A stretch of DNA of 64,000 nucleotides from Bradyrhizobium sp. (GTDB taxonomy: Bacteria; Pseudomonadota; Alphaproteobacteria; Rhizobiales; Xanthobacteraceae), in assembly GCA_021732175.1 (NCBI GenBank), contig JAKFVP010000375.1, positions 3,207 to 67,206 of the forward strand, read 5' to 3'. A program made the position numbers and the translations under genes. The notes beneath the pieces were generated by a model. The model did no database searches, was not told where the DNA came from, and was given only the letters and a program-made list of their open reading frames with translations. Below are positions 51,572 through 61,622 of the stretch, piece by piece (position 1 is the first letter of the stretch; every line of letters starts with the position of its first letter).

Positions 51572-51752
51572 GGCAGGATTTCTCGGGAGAGCGGGAACGG
51601 TCGAACCGCCCGGCGCTCTCCTTAAGACCGCGGCGATTCAAACCCTTCCCGGCCCGGCTCTACCTCTCAGCCGTCGCCAATAAAAAGGGGACCGGCGCTG
51701 TGCACCGGTCCCCAAAACTGCAGGACGGCCGGAGCCATCCCGCTCTGTGATG

Positions 51753-53870
51753 TCACTCAGCCGCGTCGAGCCGTTGCGGATCATCGTCGCCGGCGTTCGC
51801 CCGATCCTCCTCGTCGTCGGCAAGGAAGTCGGGCAATGGGCCCGCTTCACCCTCCTCTTCCGTTGGCGATGCGTTGGGCTCGACGAGACGCAGCGGCTCC
51901 GGCAACCAGCCCGAGCCATCGAGGAGGCGCTCGGCCTCCTTGGCCATGTCCGCCTTCTTCAGGTGGTCGATCAGTTGCGCCGAAGACTCGCCTCTTGCTT
52001 CCCGCACCGCCTCCAGAATGCGGGGTTTGGTGACCCGGCCGAGATAGTTGTCGGCAGTCGGTCTCCAGCCAGCCTGGACCATGTCGAGGCCGACAGCGCG
52101 GGCCAGCACGTCGGCCTGGTCGAGCCGCGTGCCGACGCCATGAGCGGAGACGCGGCCCTGATTGTAGCGGTTGGCCGGCTCATAGAGGGCGTTGACCGCA
52201 AATGATGTACAGTGAGCGAACAAGGACGCTTGCGCACCGCCATCGAGGGCTGTGAGCGCAACCCAGAGATCTTTTTCGTCCTTGGGCAACTGTGCCTTCC
52301 AGGACTCATGCCGCGCCTCGACGGCCTGCGCAGAGGCGCTTTCCCTCAGCCCAGGGGCTTGCGCCGGAAAAGTCGGCGTGTGCAGTCCGATCTCAAGGCA
52401 GCTTCCGGACGACGCGAACCGGTAGAAGGCCGTCAGCACGAAGTTGTGCAACACCGCCTGGAACGCGATCGCCGGATTTTCCGCCAACGCATCCCGCAAT
52501 GCCAGCGTACGATGCGCCGTCAGCTCTGTGATGAGCCGATCTGGCAGAGGTTTGGTCGCATCATCATCATCTTCTTCGGCATCGACCGGGTGACCGGCGA
52601 CCGCGATCGCGGTGCGCCGGACGGAAGTGCTGGCCTCCTGCCCTCCGGTCGAGGACGGATCGGTGCCCTGCCCGACATCAGGATCGATCGACGGCACGTC
52701 GTCCTCTGGACGGACGTAACCCCGGTCTACCGAGAGGCGTCCTTCGGAATCGATGCTGACGAAGACGCCAGCTCGGGCGACCTCCGTCGGATCGTAGAGC
52801 ATTGGCCGGTCTTCGAGCGCCATCAGTGCCGCTTCGATCTCGCCGAGACGCTGATCGACCTCGTCCGGCAATTCGTCAGCGTCCTGGTATTCGGCTTCAA
52901 GTTTGGCCTGCTCAGCGTTGAGTGCGTCGATGGTGGCCTGGTCCTCAAGCGAGAGATCGACAGGCTTGCCCTCGAGTTCTCGCAGCCCCCTGGTGTGATC
53001 GTAGGGGAAATCGACGGCCACCGAGATCCACTTCCAACCTTCAGCGGCAATCGTCTCAGCCTCGACCTTGAGTTTTTCGGTTACGAGGCGATCGAGCAAC
53101 GCGACGTCCTGAAGCCAGCCGCCATCATCGTGCTCGAACAAGTCTCGCAGAACGCCGCCACCGGCTCGTTCATAAGCATCGAGTCCAACAAATTGAACAC
53201 GACGATCGGACGCGCGGAGAGTATTTTCGGTCAGCATGCGGCGGATTTGATAGGGTTCATCGTAGCCTGAGCGACTGACGTTCTCCCAGACCTGCTCCTG
53301 CCTCGCCTGGTCGGCTGTAACAGAGAAGGCCATGAGCTGCTCAAGTGTTATGCCGTCTTCGGCATAGACCTCGTGCAGTTTTGGCGTCACGGACGCCAGC
53401 CGCAGTCGCTGTTTCACGACGGCCGGTGTCACGAAGTGCCGGGCGGCGATCTCCTCCTCGGGCAAGCCGGCGTCAAGCAAGGTCTGGAAGGCTCGAAACT
53501 GATCGAGTGGATGGAGCCCCACGCGCTCGTCATTCTCGGCAAGCGAATCGTCCTCGGCAATGCCGCCCTCGCGTACGACGCAAGGAACGGGCTGTGTTTT
53601 GGCCATGCGCTTTTGCTTCACGAGAAGTTCCAGCGCGCGGTAGCGCCGGCCGCCCGCCGGAACCTCGAACATGCCGGTCTCGTTGCCTTCTGCGTCGACG
53701 ACAGCCCGAACATTCAGGCTCTGCAACAGGGTACGTTGCACGATGCTCTCGGCGAGTTGCTCGATCGACACGCCGGACTTGACGCGCCGGACGTTGGACT
53801 GGCTCAGCACCAGCTTGTTGAAGGGAATATCCCGGGATGGACTGAGTTTGATCTTCTGGACGCTTGCCAT
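51753..53870 (-). CDS. parB: ParB/RepB/Spo0J-family protein
   Basis: NVRR, LLQSL, AGGRRYRAL, SLAEN..LHPLDQF. Confidence 0.92.
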   Translation of the reverse strand: MASVQKIKLSPSRDIPFNKLVLSQSNVRRVKSGVSIEQLAESIVQRTLLQSLNVRAVVDAEGNETGMFEVPAGGRRYRALELLVKQKRMAKTQPVPCVVREGGIAEDDSLAENDERVGLHPLDQFRAFQTLLDAGLPEEEIAARHFVTPAVVKQRLRLASVTPKLHEVYAEDGITLEQLMAFSVTADQARQEQVWENVSRSGYDEPYQIRRMLTENTLRASDRRVQFVGLDAYERAGGGVLRDLFEHDDGGWLQDVALLDRLVTEKLKVEAETIAAEGWKWISVAVDFPYDHTRGLRELEGKPVDLSLEDQATIDALNAEQAKLEAEYQDADELPDEVDQRLGEIEAALMALEDRPMLYDPTEVARAGVFVSIDSEGRLSVDRGYVRPEDDVPSIDPDVGQGTDPSSTGGQEASTSVRRTAIAVAGHPVDAEEDDDDATKPLPDRLITELTAHRTLALRDALAENPAIAFQAVLHNFVLTAFYRFASSGSCLEIGLHTPTFPAQAPGLRESASAQAVEARHESWKAQLPKDEKDLWVALTALDGGAQASLFAHCTSFAVNALYEPANRYNQGRVSAHGVGTRLDQADVLARAVGLDMVQAGWRPTADNYLGRVTKPRILEAVREARGESSAQLIDHLKKADMAKEAERLLDGSGWLPEPLRLVEPNASPTEEEGEAGPLPDFLADDEEDRANAGDDDPQRLDAAE

Positions 53871-54057
53871 GTCGGATTCTCCATGACGGGCGGCCGAAAG
53901 ACTCTCTCTCGGCCTCCAACCCGTCACGAAAATCCCGGCTCTCCTCTTGCTCTTGACGACTCCGCAGGCAGCGTACCGCGCATTGCGTGCTAAATAGCCC
54001 ACGGAGAGACTCTTCGGCCGAAGCGCAGCGAAGGCAAGAGAGAAAGCAGCCGACGAA

Positions 54058-54175
54058 GGGGCAGTGATAGCGACGCGGGCATGAAATGACCGGGGCACCG
54101 AGGCGACTGCAGTCGCGAGACCGGTTAAGAAGGCACCCGCGTTCGGGGCAGTGATAGCGGCGCCGGCATGCAATG
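54058..54175. repeat. 31-bp imperfect direct repeat x2 upstream of parB
   Basis: GGGGCAGTGATAGCG(A/G)CGC(G/C)GGCATG(A/C)AATG at 54058-54088 and 54145-54175 (28/31). Confidence 0.85.
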
Positions 54176-54284
54176 CCGGCGGCCCCTAACGCGAGAGCCT
54201 CCGGCGAGCGACACCATATCGCGCAAGGGATCGAAGCCAACGGCCGAGACGCGGAACGCGGCTCGGTTCATATGTGGACGGCCC

Positions 54285-54551
54285 CCGTCTTGCAAGGATT
54301 GGTTGGGGCTACGGCGATCGGATCGCTTGCGCTCATATGTCGGGCCTACGATTGGATCTGCGACCACTGGCCAAGATGGGCTTCGCGAACAGTGAGATCC
54401 AAACACGAGAACGGCATTTTCTGCCGGTGAACCGAGCGGAGCGCCTCCCTGTTCGGCTTGCGCCGATCACACCACCTCTTCCGTTCCTGCAAGTTCCAGC
54501 CTTAGCGCCAGACCTGGTGGCCTACCGCTAAACTCTGATTTTCGCCAACGT
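54285..54551 (-). ncRNA. Putative bridge/seek RNA of the IS1111 element
   Basis: Minus strand reads GCTCGGTTCA - hairpin - TCTCGTG, matching both target flanks; CATATGT matches the element end. Confidence 0.8.
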
Positions 54552-55592
54552 CTAGGCCGGGACCACTGCCGAACCGCCAATAGGTCGGTAGCTCTCGCCG
54601 CTGATCATCAACTTCCATGCGATCCGCGCCATCTTGTTCGCTAACGCTATCGCCACGAGCTTGGGTGGCTTCCGCGCGATCAAAGCTTTCAGCCAAGGCC
54701 AGATCCTACTACCGCCTCGCCGCATATCGCCAATCACTGCCGTAGCACCGGCCACCAGGACGCTTCGCAACATCTCGTCTCCCGCGCGCGTGATCACGCC
54801 GAGACGGTTCTTACCCGCTGTTGAATGATTCTTTGGCGTCAAACCCAGCCAGGCCGCAAACTCTCGTCCTGATTTAAAGTTATTCGCATCGGTCACCCTG
54901 ATCGATAACAGGGTCGCCCCAATCGGGTCTATGCCTGGAATGCCAGCCAGTCGTCGGCTCATCTCGTTGCTTCGGTGCAACCGCACTAGCTTTTTGTCTA
55001 GCTCGGCAATTTCTTCATCGACGCGACGGTAGTCTCGCGCCAGCGTCTCAATCAGGTCAGTTGCTAAGCTAGGAATTCCGGGAGCATCTCACAGATCGCC
55101 CAGCAACTGCCCCAGTCGCGAAAGACCCTTGGGCGCGGTGATGCCAAATTCGGCCGCATAGCCGCGTATCGAGTTCGCAAGCTGGGTTCGTCGACCAACG
55201 AACTGTGCCCGCAATTTTGTTAGCATCTGCGCCGCTTGCTGATCGATGCTCTTTATCGGCACGAAGTTCTTGCGCAGCTTCGGCCGGCTTGCGGCCTCAC
55301 AAATAGCCTCTGCGTCCGCGGCGTCCGATTTGCCGCGCTGTACGTACGGCTTCACATATTGCGGTGGGATTAGCACCACGTCATGTCCCAGCGCTTGCAG
55401 CTCCCGCGCCCAATAATGCGACGCACCGCAAGCCTCCATCGGTACCTGCACTGGTAGAAGAGCCTTAAAGAACGGGAGAAACTGACTGCGCCTCAACTTC
55501 CGCTGCAATATCGGCTGCTCGGCAGCGTCAACACCGTGCAGCTGAAAGACGCTCTTTGACGTATCCACTCCGACGCGAATAAGCTTGTCCAC
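54552..55592 (-). pseudogene. IS1111-group DEDD transposase with in-frame TGA
   Basis: GVDTSKSVFQLH, MEAC, KSDAADA, WLGLTP..STAGK; both ORFs share a frame, stop at 55089-55091. Confidence 0.9.
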
Positions 55593-55740
55593 GGACGGCC
55601 CCTCTGTTTGATATCTCGAACGACCTCAATCTGGCACACTGGATGCCGTAGAGGGCCGTCCACCCCAACACGAGAGATCCTATGCAGCAGGCAAGAGTGC
55701 TCCAATAGGCGCCTCTGATTTGCTGACACAGGAGGTGAAC

Positions 55741-56913
55741 ATGAACGGTCAAACCGATTTCACCGCGAAAGTAGAGCCCGAAGATTTCAAGAATACGCTT
55801 TTTCTGGCCATGGAGTTGAGCCGCTCGACCTGGCTGGTGGCGACGTTCGCGCCGCGGCTTGGCGACAAGATCAGCGTGCACGCGATACCGGGCGGGAACA
55901 CGAAGCGTTTGCTTGAGCTTATCGGCCGCCTGCAAGCGAAGCTTCGAGACAAGGACGACGTCAGCCGAGTGCGGACGGTATGCTGCTATGAGGCAGGCTA
56001 CGACGGGTTCTGGTTGCATAGGGTGCTCGTCAACCACGGCATTCAGAACCACGTCCTCAATGCAGCGAGTCTTCCGATCGATCGTCGCGCCAAGCATATC
56101 AAGACAGACAATATCGACGCCAAACGTCTGCTCAGGGCAATTGTAGGCTTCGTGCAAGGCGATCCGCAAAGTTGCCGCGTGGTTCGGGCGCCAACGCCCG
56201 AGGAAGAGGATGCGCGGCGCCTCCATCGCGAGCGGCAGCGACTGGTGCGCTAACGTACTGGCCATTTGAACCGGATCAAGGCCCTTTTGATAACGCATGG
56301 CATTCGGGCGCTCCGGATCACGGATGGAAAGTGGTGTGAGCGTCTTGACAAGATGCGGACCGGCGATGGTCGGCCGATTCCGGCGCGGCTGAAGATCGAG
56401 ATCGAGCGCGAATGGAAGCGGCTCAAGGTGGTCGCCGAGCAAGTCCGGGAGGTCGAAGCCGAACGTGACAGGCTCGTCAAAGGAAGCGAACCATCAGGGG
56501 ACGCTTGCACCGAAAAGATGCGTCAGCTTGTCAAGCTGCACGGTATCGGCGCCGAGTTTGCCACGGTGCTCACGCGGGAAGTCTTCTATCGACCGTTCCA
56601 GAACCGGCGGCAAGTCGCGAGCTATGTCGGTTTGACGCCGGCACCCTACGACAGCGGAGACACCAAACACGACCAGGGAATCAATAAAGCCGGCAACACA
56701 CGAGCCCGCGTGATCGCCGTGCAAATGCCTTGGCTGTGGCTCAGGTACCAATCGAAAAGCGAACTGTCCCTTTGGTATTACAGGCGCGTCGGAGACTTGA
56801 AGGGTCGCGCCCGGCGCATCATGATCATCGCACTCGCGCGCAAGCTGGTGATCGCTCTCTGGCGATACGTCGAAACCGGCAAGGCTCCGACAGGTGCCAT
56901 CGTCACTACTTGA
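55741..56913 (+). pseudogene. IS110-family transposase with in-frame TAA
   Basis: LAMELS, CYEAG, KTDNIDA, VGLTPAPYDSG, GINKAGN, ALARKL; stop at 56251-56253, frame continues. Confidence 0.9.
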
Positions 56914-57110
56914 TCAGTTGAATGAGTTTGGCCCACGCTTCCGGGCCAATGCCGGGACGGATGTGTGACTGAGGATGCCGAGTTGGCCTTATCAGCCGTA
57001 CGAGAGATGAGTCCCATCCATCTTGGAGCCGAGCTGCCACGAGTATGCAGGATTTTGGTACGAGCCGCTGGCGCTCGACCGGATATAAGTTGATGCGGCT
57101 GCCACGGTGC
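56914..57110 (+). ncRNA. Putative bridge RNA region of the second IS110
   Basis: ACGAGAGAT at 57000-57008 is identical to the left junction 55670-55678. Confidence 0.55.
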
Positions 57111-57333
57111 AGCATGCAGGCGGGACAGCGGCTCCAGTCCTGATTGTTCGCGTTATGGAAGCGGGCGAAGCGTACGCTGCCGTGTTCTTGGCGGAGCGAT
57201 CGTGACCCGAATGGGCCGAGACCGCTTGCGGGCTCGGTTCAGCGGTCGCTTGGCCGCGAGATAGAGCGCGACCCACGCGTGGCGCGGGGGTCGCCCCATT
57301 ACATTCGACCGCGACTGAGCGGCGTCGAGAAGT

Positions 57334-57403
57334 ATGTCCGCTTTGATCGGAAGCGGAAGTGAACTGAGTGGCAAAAGCGTCGCTATGTGCCACAAGCGGA
57401 CAT
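57334..57403. repeat. Palindromic element ATGTCCGCTT...AAGCGGACAT
   Basis: Perfect 10-bp IR with internal related half-sites. Confidence 0.7.
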
Positions 57404-57434
57404 CGTGGCGTTCACCGCTCCCGAACCTTAATGA

Positions 57435-57896
57435 TTACTTCGGGGGCGACGGCATAACCGACGAATGGTGATCGACGATAAGCCAACGTTCGCCGTTCTT
57501 GACGTACATGAAACTGTAGCGGGCGGGCAGGTTCTTGGTTTCGCCGTCCTTGACCCATGAGAACGTGTAGTAGCCGGTATTGACTGCCGCGTTGCCGTAG
57601 ACGCGGACAAGTTGATCGCCGAAGGCGACCTTGTGGCCAGGCAGGCCCTTGAACGCCGTTGTGAAATAGTTTCGCAGCGCGTCCCGGTCGGAGCGAACGG
57701 TCGGCGACACTGTTCCCCAGAGCACGGCATCGTCCGCATAGAGTGCCGACACCTTTTCGGGATCGTCTCCACCAAACGCTTGCTCCCATGCAGAGGTCAC
57801 CGCTGCAATGTCCGCTTTCGGCTCGCCCAATGCCCCAGAGGCAAATAATGATAACGCTATGGTTAGTGCTAGTTTTGTGGTCACAGAAGATCGCAT
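57435..57896 (-). CDS. Secreted NTF2-like SgcJ/EcaC/DUF4440 protein, iota-carbonic-anhydrase-like
   Basis: Signal peptide; LYADDAVL.GTVS..YF..GYYTF..ARYSFMY..WLIVDHHSS.MP. Confidence 0.8.
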   Translation of the reverse strand: MRSSVTTKLALTIALSLFASGALGEPKADIAAVTSAWEQAFGGDDPEKVSALYADDAVLWGTVSPTVRSDRDALRNYFTTAFKGLPGHKVAFGDQLVRVYGNAAVNTGYYTFSWVKDGETKNLPARYSFMYVKNGERWLIVDHHSSVMPSPPK

Positions 57897-58030
57897 ATCA
57901 ACCTCCCATTGCGACTAACAGCTCAATTCTGGCAGGTGTATGCCTGCAGTCAAGCACTGCAAACCTTGGCGGACCGAGTCTCCGGCAGGTCATGAGGACG
58001 CGCATAACGCGAGCACAGTTTGCAACCGGC

Positions 58031-58103
58031 GATGTCCGAATCGGGTCATTCGCGACCGAGGTTTACCCCGGTGAAATGTCCGCATTCGCCAGTAGCGGAC
58101 ATC
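58031..58103. repeat. Palindromic element GATGTCCG...CGGACATC
   Basis: ATGTCCG at 58032 and 58076, GCGGACAT at 58095-58102. Confidence 0.65.
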
Positions 58104-58328
58104 GCCCATCGGCGAAAACGGGAACGGGGGGGGGGCCGCGATGGTTTTGGTGGGCCATCGGTGGGTTGACAAGGCTCTGTTCATATAAGCCCGGTCCGCG
58201 GCCAGCGGAGGCGTCCGCACCTTCCCGCCTGAGAACGATTTTTTCTTTGCCTTCGCGTGCTCAGTAGGACAAGCAGTTCACGAAGTTTCGCACCTGGACA
58301 TGGCAAGGCGTTCGCGGACGCTCTGCAT

Positions 58329-59579
58329 TCAGGAGTTGGTTGCCTTTCTGAGGTCTTCGTGCTCGAAGGCGGATGCCATCCGCTCGATGGAATTCTTCGA
58401 AAGACCAAGGGCGCCAGCTGCCTCGCGCCACCCGGCGACCGCCGCGCCAACCTCACGCATGATGCGGCGAGCCATTTCAGGCTTGAGCTTGTAGTGCGCG
58501 GCCGTTGCAAGGGCGAGATCGAGCGAGGCGGTGCCATCTCCTTCATCAATGGCGGTCGTCAAAATGCGTGGCTTGATATCGACGGGCACTGGGTTGAGGT
58601 CATAGGCCGGAGCCAGGCGCCATCCCCCCGCTGGATCATAGAGGAAGCCGTGATTACGCAGGTGATCGTCGGTATTCGAGATCAGGATATTGAACACGAC
58701 GCGACGCCAAAGCTGAGCACAGTCCTCTTCGGCGCTCGCCCCATACTGGCGGATCGCATCGGCGATTTCGAGGTAACTGTGCGGGTCGCCATCGGCCGCA
58801 TCGAGCATGCTCATCGCCGACAGGAACGGAATGCGCTGCCCGGCGCGCCGGTCAAAGCGGCGCAGCAGCAGAACTTCACGCTTGGCCACGGTCTCAAGAC
58901 GCCATTCCGTGGTCGTGATGCTGGCTTTGGCCGCGAGCGACAGGGCGGTCGCTTCCCATGGCGAGACCGGAATCCCGTCATCGTGCTTGGGAAACTTCGC
59001 AATCGCCAAATGGCCATCTCGGTCGATGATGGAGGCTTTTGGACGCGCGCCGCCAAGGGATGACCCGGGGGCGAGGAGAAGCTTCAAGTCATCATCGCTC
59101 GCATCATCGGCATCAACACGCATGGCAGCACCAAGCAGCTCGGCAAGGCGCAGGAGTGGCGGGATGTTCGCCTGGGCGGCGAGGAATGGACCATCCATCG
59201 CCTCGGCAAAACGCAAGGCGCCCTGCCTTGCAAGATCGCCAACCGCCAGCAGATAGTCGGCCTCGAAGAGGGAGCGGGGCTGGCGGTTCTCCGCCCGAGC
59301 CTTGCGGCGCTCCTCGCGCTGAATCAGGACGCGCCCCCAGCGGTCGGGTGCGGAATCCCCGATCGCGCCGAAGATCAGCCGGCCGGCTTGGGTATGCTGC
59401 GGACCGCGTCCGAGCGCCAGCGCCGGCTCAAGCGCAAAGCGCTGCGGATGCTTGAGCCAGGCATCGTCATACTCGAAGGTTGCGCTCTCGCGTCCCTTGC
59501 GCACGCGCGACCAAAGACGGCCCACAAAGAGGGGCTCGCCTTGAAGATCTACGTACACGAAAAGCTGCCGGTCACTCAT
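58329..59579 (-). CDS. hipA: HipA-family kinase toxin
   Basis: DSAPDRWGR, GSSLGGARPKA, RRFDR, NTDDHLRNH, LAPAYDLNP. Confidence 0.93.
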   Translation of the reverse strand: MSDRQLFVYVDLQGEPLFVGRLWSRVRKGRESATFEYDDAWLKHPQRFALEPALALGRGPQHTQAGRLIFGAIGDSAPDRWGRVLIQREERRKARAENRQPRSLFEADYLLAVGDLARQGALRFAEAMDGPFLAAQANIPPLLRLAELLGAAMRVDADDASDDDLKLLLAPGSSLGGARPKASIIDRDGHLAIAKFPKHDDGIPVSPWEATALSLAAKASITTTEWRLETVAKREVLLLRRFDRRAGQRIPFLSAMSMLDAADGDPHSYLEIADAIRQYGASAEEDCAQLWRRVVFNILISNTDDHLRNHGFLYDPAGGWRLAPAYDLNPVPVDIKPRILTTAIDEGDGTASLDLALATAAHYKLKPEMARRIMREVGAAVAGWREAAGALGLSKNSIERMASAFEHEDLRKATNS

Positions 59580-59908
59580 CAGGACTTTTCCGTCTGCTTG
59601 CGGGAAAGCCTGATCCGCTTGGGCAGTTGCTCTTCTTCCAGCTGGAGCCCGACCGCGTCGGACCGCGCGTCGGCGAGTTCGCTTAAGCGAGGCGTGAGAC
59701 CCAGCACGAACAGCACCACCGCGTAGATACCCATGGAAACGGTCGGATCGCCGCGCTCGACCTTGCCAAGGGTCATGCGCGTGATGAAGGCGCGCTCCGC
59801 CATCACCGTCGTCGGGATACGGCGGCGCAGCCGCGCACTGCGGATGTCTTCGCCAAGCTTGGCCAAAGCCCGCTTGACAGGAAGGGGAAGAGGGGGCGTT
59901 TTACGCAT
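59579..59908 (-). CDS. HTH antitoxin partner of HipA
   Basis: LGEDIRSARLRRR..MAERA.ITRMTL.KVERGDPTVS; stop overlaps hipA start. Confidence 0.85.
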   Translation of the reverse strand: MRKTPPLPLPVKRALAKLGEDIRSARLRRRIPTTVMAERAFITRMTLGKVERGDPTVSMGIYAVVLFVLGLTPRLSELADARSDAVGLQLEEEQLPKRIRLSRKQTEKS

Positions 59909-60339
59909 TGGAACCAGACCCGTAATGTCTCTTTACTTATACAATAAGCGGCTTAATGTCCAATTAAACAGGCATTACAAATCTACACCCAGCGAGATCA
60001 ATGGGTTAGCACCAAGAGGCGCCCCACCCACAAGGGCTGCGGGACGGGCCGATCACCGCGATCATCGCCCTCACCATTACGCTGTCCAAGCCGCGATGAA
60101 GGCGATCATCGGTCACAGCAGCGGCATCAACATGTCGATGATGAGCATGATGGACATGCTGATGATCAGCATCGGACGCAACTTATCTCGGGCTAGTCGC
60201 AGCAGTTGTCATTCTGACTGGCTCGTTGAGCGGAATTCTCTGGGCGGGCCAGGCGGAGACGGTCAGGTACTGACATCACCGCAGCAGATGTCGCCGACAA
60301 GCTCGCGCGCGCAGAGTGCATCAGGTGCTGGCATCTCCG

Positions 60340-60420
60340 ATCGAGAAGCGCCGGGGTTTGCGCCAGGTCCACGAGATCAAGTTCGACGGCTACCGGATCC
60401 AGCTTCATTTAGCCGATGAG
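60340..60420 (+). pseudogene. ATP-dependent DNA ligase fragment
   Basis: VHEIKFDGYRIQLHL (KxDG motif I) with no surrounding ORF. Confidence 0.65.
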
Positions 60421-60779
60421 ATAACGGCTGCGCCGTCGCCACCCACGGTGCGAAGCCTCGAACTGCTTCATCTGCCGATTGATAAGCTTTGTTTTCTTAT
60501 CGGTCGAAAACCGCCTCCAGTCGCGACTAAGGGCTGATCGGAGCGAGGAGCACGGCCACGCACAATAATTGATTCACCGCCGAAGCCCCCTCATTTTTTC
60601 AAAGGCAGCGAAAGTCAGATGAGGCGAAGCAAAGTCAGGATGCCGCTCGAATCTCAAGGAGATTGCTTGATCACAATAGGCAACGTCAAAGCAGTTCGAT
60701 ATGGTCGCGAATGGCTTCGGCCTCCGTAGCGATGTTGGGCGCGACAGTCAGCGTTACCGCCCGTCCGCCGGCGCGGCCC

Positions 60780-61437
60780 AAAGCTGGCTTTTCTGGCTTT
60801 GAAGTGGAAACGTCATTTGCCGGCTGCACTATTTGTAGGTTTCGCAGTTGCCGAACGATCGACGGGCATCGTCTTGCTGTCGATCGTGCTCTGGGAGATG
60901 TGGCTCGATCGAAATCAGAGGCCGTTGTTTCCCGTCGTTACACTATGCGTTCTTGTCGCGACATTAGGCTTGTGGCTGTTCATGATCAACCTCTGGCACT
61001 CTTTCGGGGCTCCGCTTGCACTCTCGGAAGCGCAAGCGGCATTCCATCAGGGAACGACGCTGGTTATCAGATTGATCGCAGCACTCAAACTTGAGCCCTT
61101 CAGCCGGATGATCCTCGATGACTGGAATCCATGGGGTCTCGATAGCTGGTTTACGCAGTGTTCATTGTTTTGATTTTTGTCGGCTGGTTTCGGCTGCGTT
61201 TTTCCTGGACACTCTTCGCCGTAGGCGCGCTGTTGTTGCCATACCTCACACTCAGGGATGGTCTGGCTGGTTTCCCGTGTCGAGGAGCAGATTCAATCTC
61301 GTCTCCTTTCCATTGTTTGTAGTGTTGGTGGGTGTCCGACTGCGAGTGAAATGGCTTTTGGTAGGCGTGATTGGACTTTTCGCGCGTCTCTGTTCATGAG
61401 CACCGCGCTGCATGCTCGCAGAATTTGGATTGGTTAA
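60780..61437 (+). pseudogene. GT-C mannosyltransferase-like membrane protein remnant
   Basis: AALFVGFAVAERSTGIVLL..LWHSFGAPLA..AQAAF..SRFNLVSFPLF over frameshifts. Confidence 0.55.
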
Positions 61438-61622
61438 TCAGATCGCTACGAGAAAAGTAGAGGTGGTCATTGGTTCATGAGCGACAGGCGCTTCGTTCCC
61501 TCGACAATCCGCCGAGCCGAGATGTGCACAGGATGGACCGCTCCCTCCTACTGGGTTATAATATTCATCTCGCGAGCCAAACTGACCTATGGTTGCTTTC
61601 GAGATCAAGAGGGATTCTAGAT

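Larger units (their letters stand above)
21664..54270 (-). mobile_element. Tn4371/ICEMlSym-like integrative conjugative element backbone (ends not defined)
   Basis: Gene order parB, helicase, toprim, DUF2493, DUF736, qseC/qseM, fseA, rdfS, repA, DUF2840, traF, oriT, relaxase, traG, copG, trbBCDEJKLFGI, DUF2274, LysR. Confidence 0.9.
54271..55668 (-). mobile_element. IS110-family, IS1111-group insertion sequence
   Basis: Subterminal IRs GTGGACGGCCC (54274-54284) / GGGCCGTCCAC (55653-55663); CA core on both sides; long 3' non-coding region. Confidence 0.9.
55677..57120 (+). mobile_element. Second IS110-family element (right end not resolved)
   Basis: Starts right after the ACGAGAG flank; transposase followed by ~200 bp of non-coding region. 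Confidence 0.75.

Noticed and set aside
54058-54175. CRISPR array
   Set aside because: Only two repeats, 56-bp spacer, no cas genes
58126-58135. G10 tract as phase-variation site
   Set aside because: Not within a credible gene or promoter; may be a sequencing artefact
59985-60020. GAGATCAATGGGTTAG as ICE att/arm site
   Set aside because: No matching repeat noticed elsewhere in the window and no integrase nearby
60010-60200. His-rich minus-strand stretch (DHQHVHHAHHRHVD)
   Set aside because: No start or intact ORF; at most a remnant
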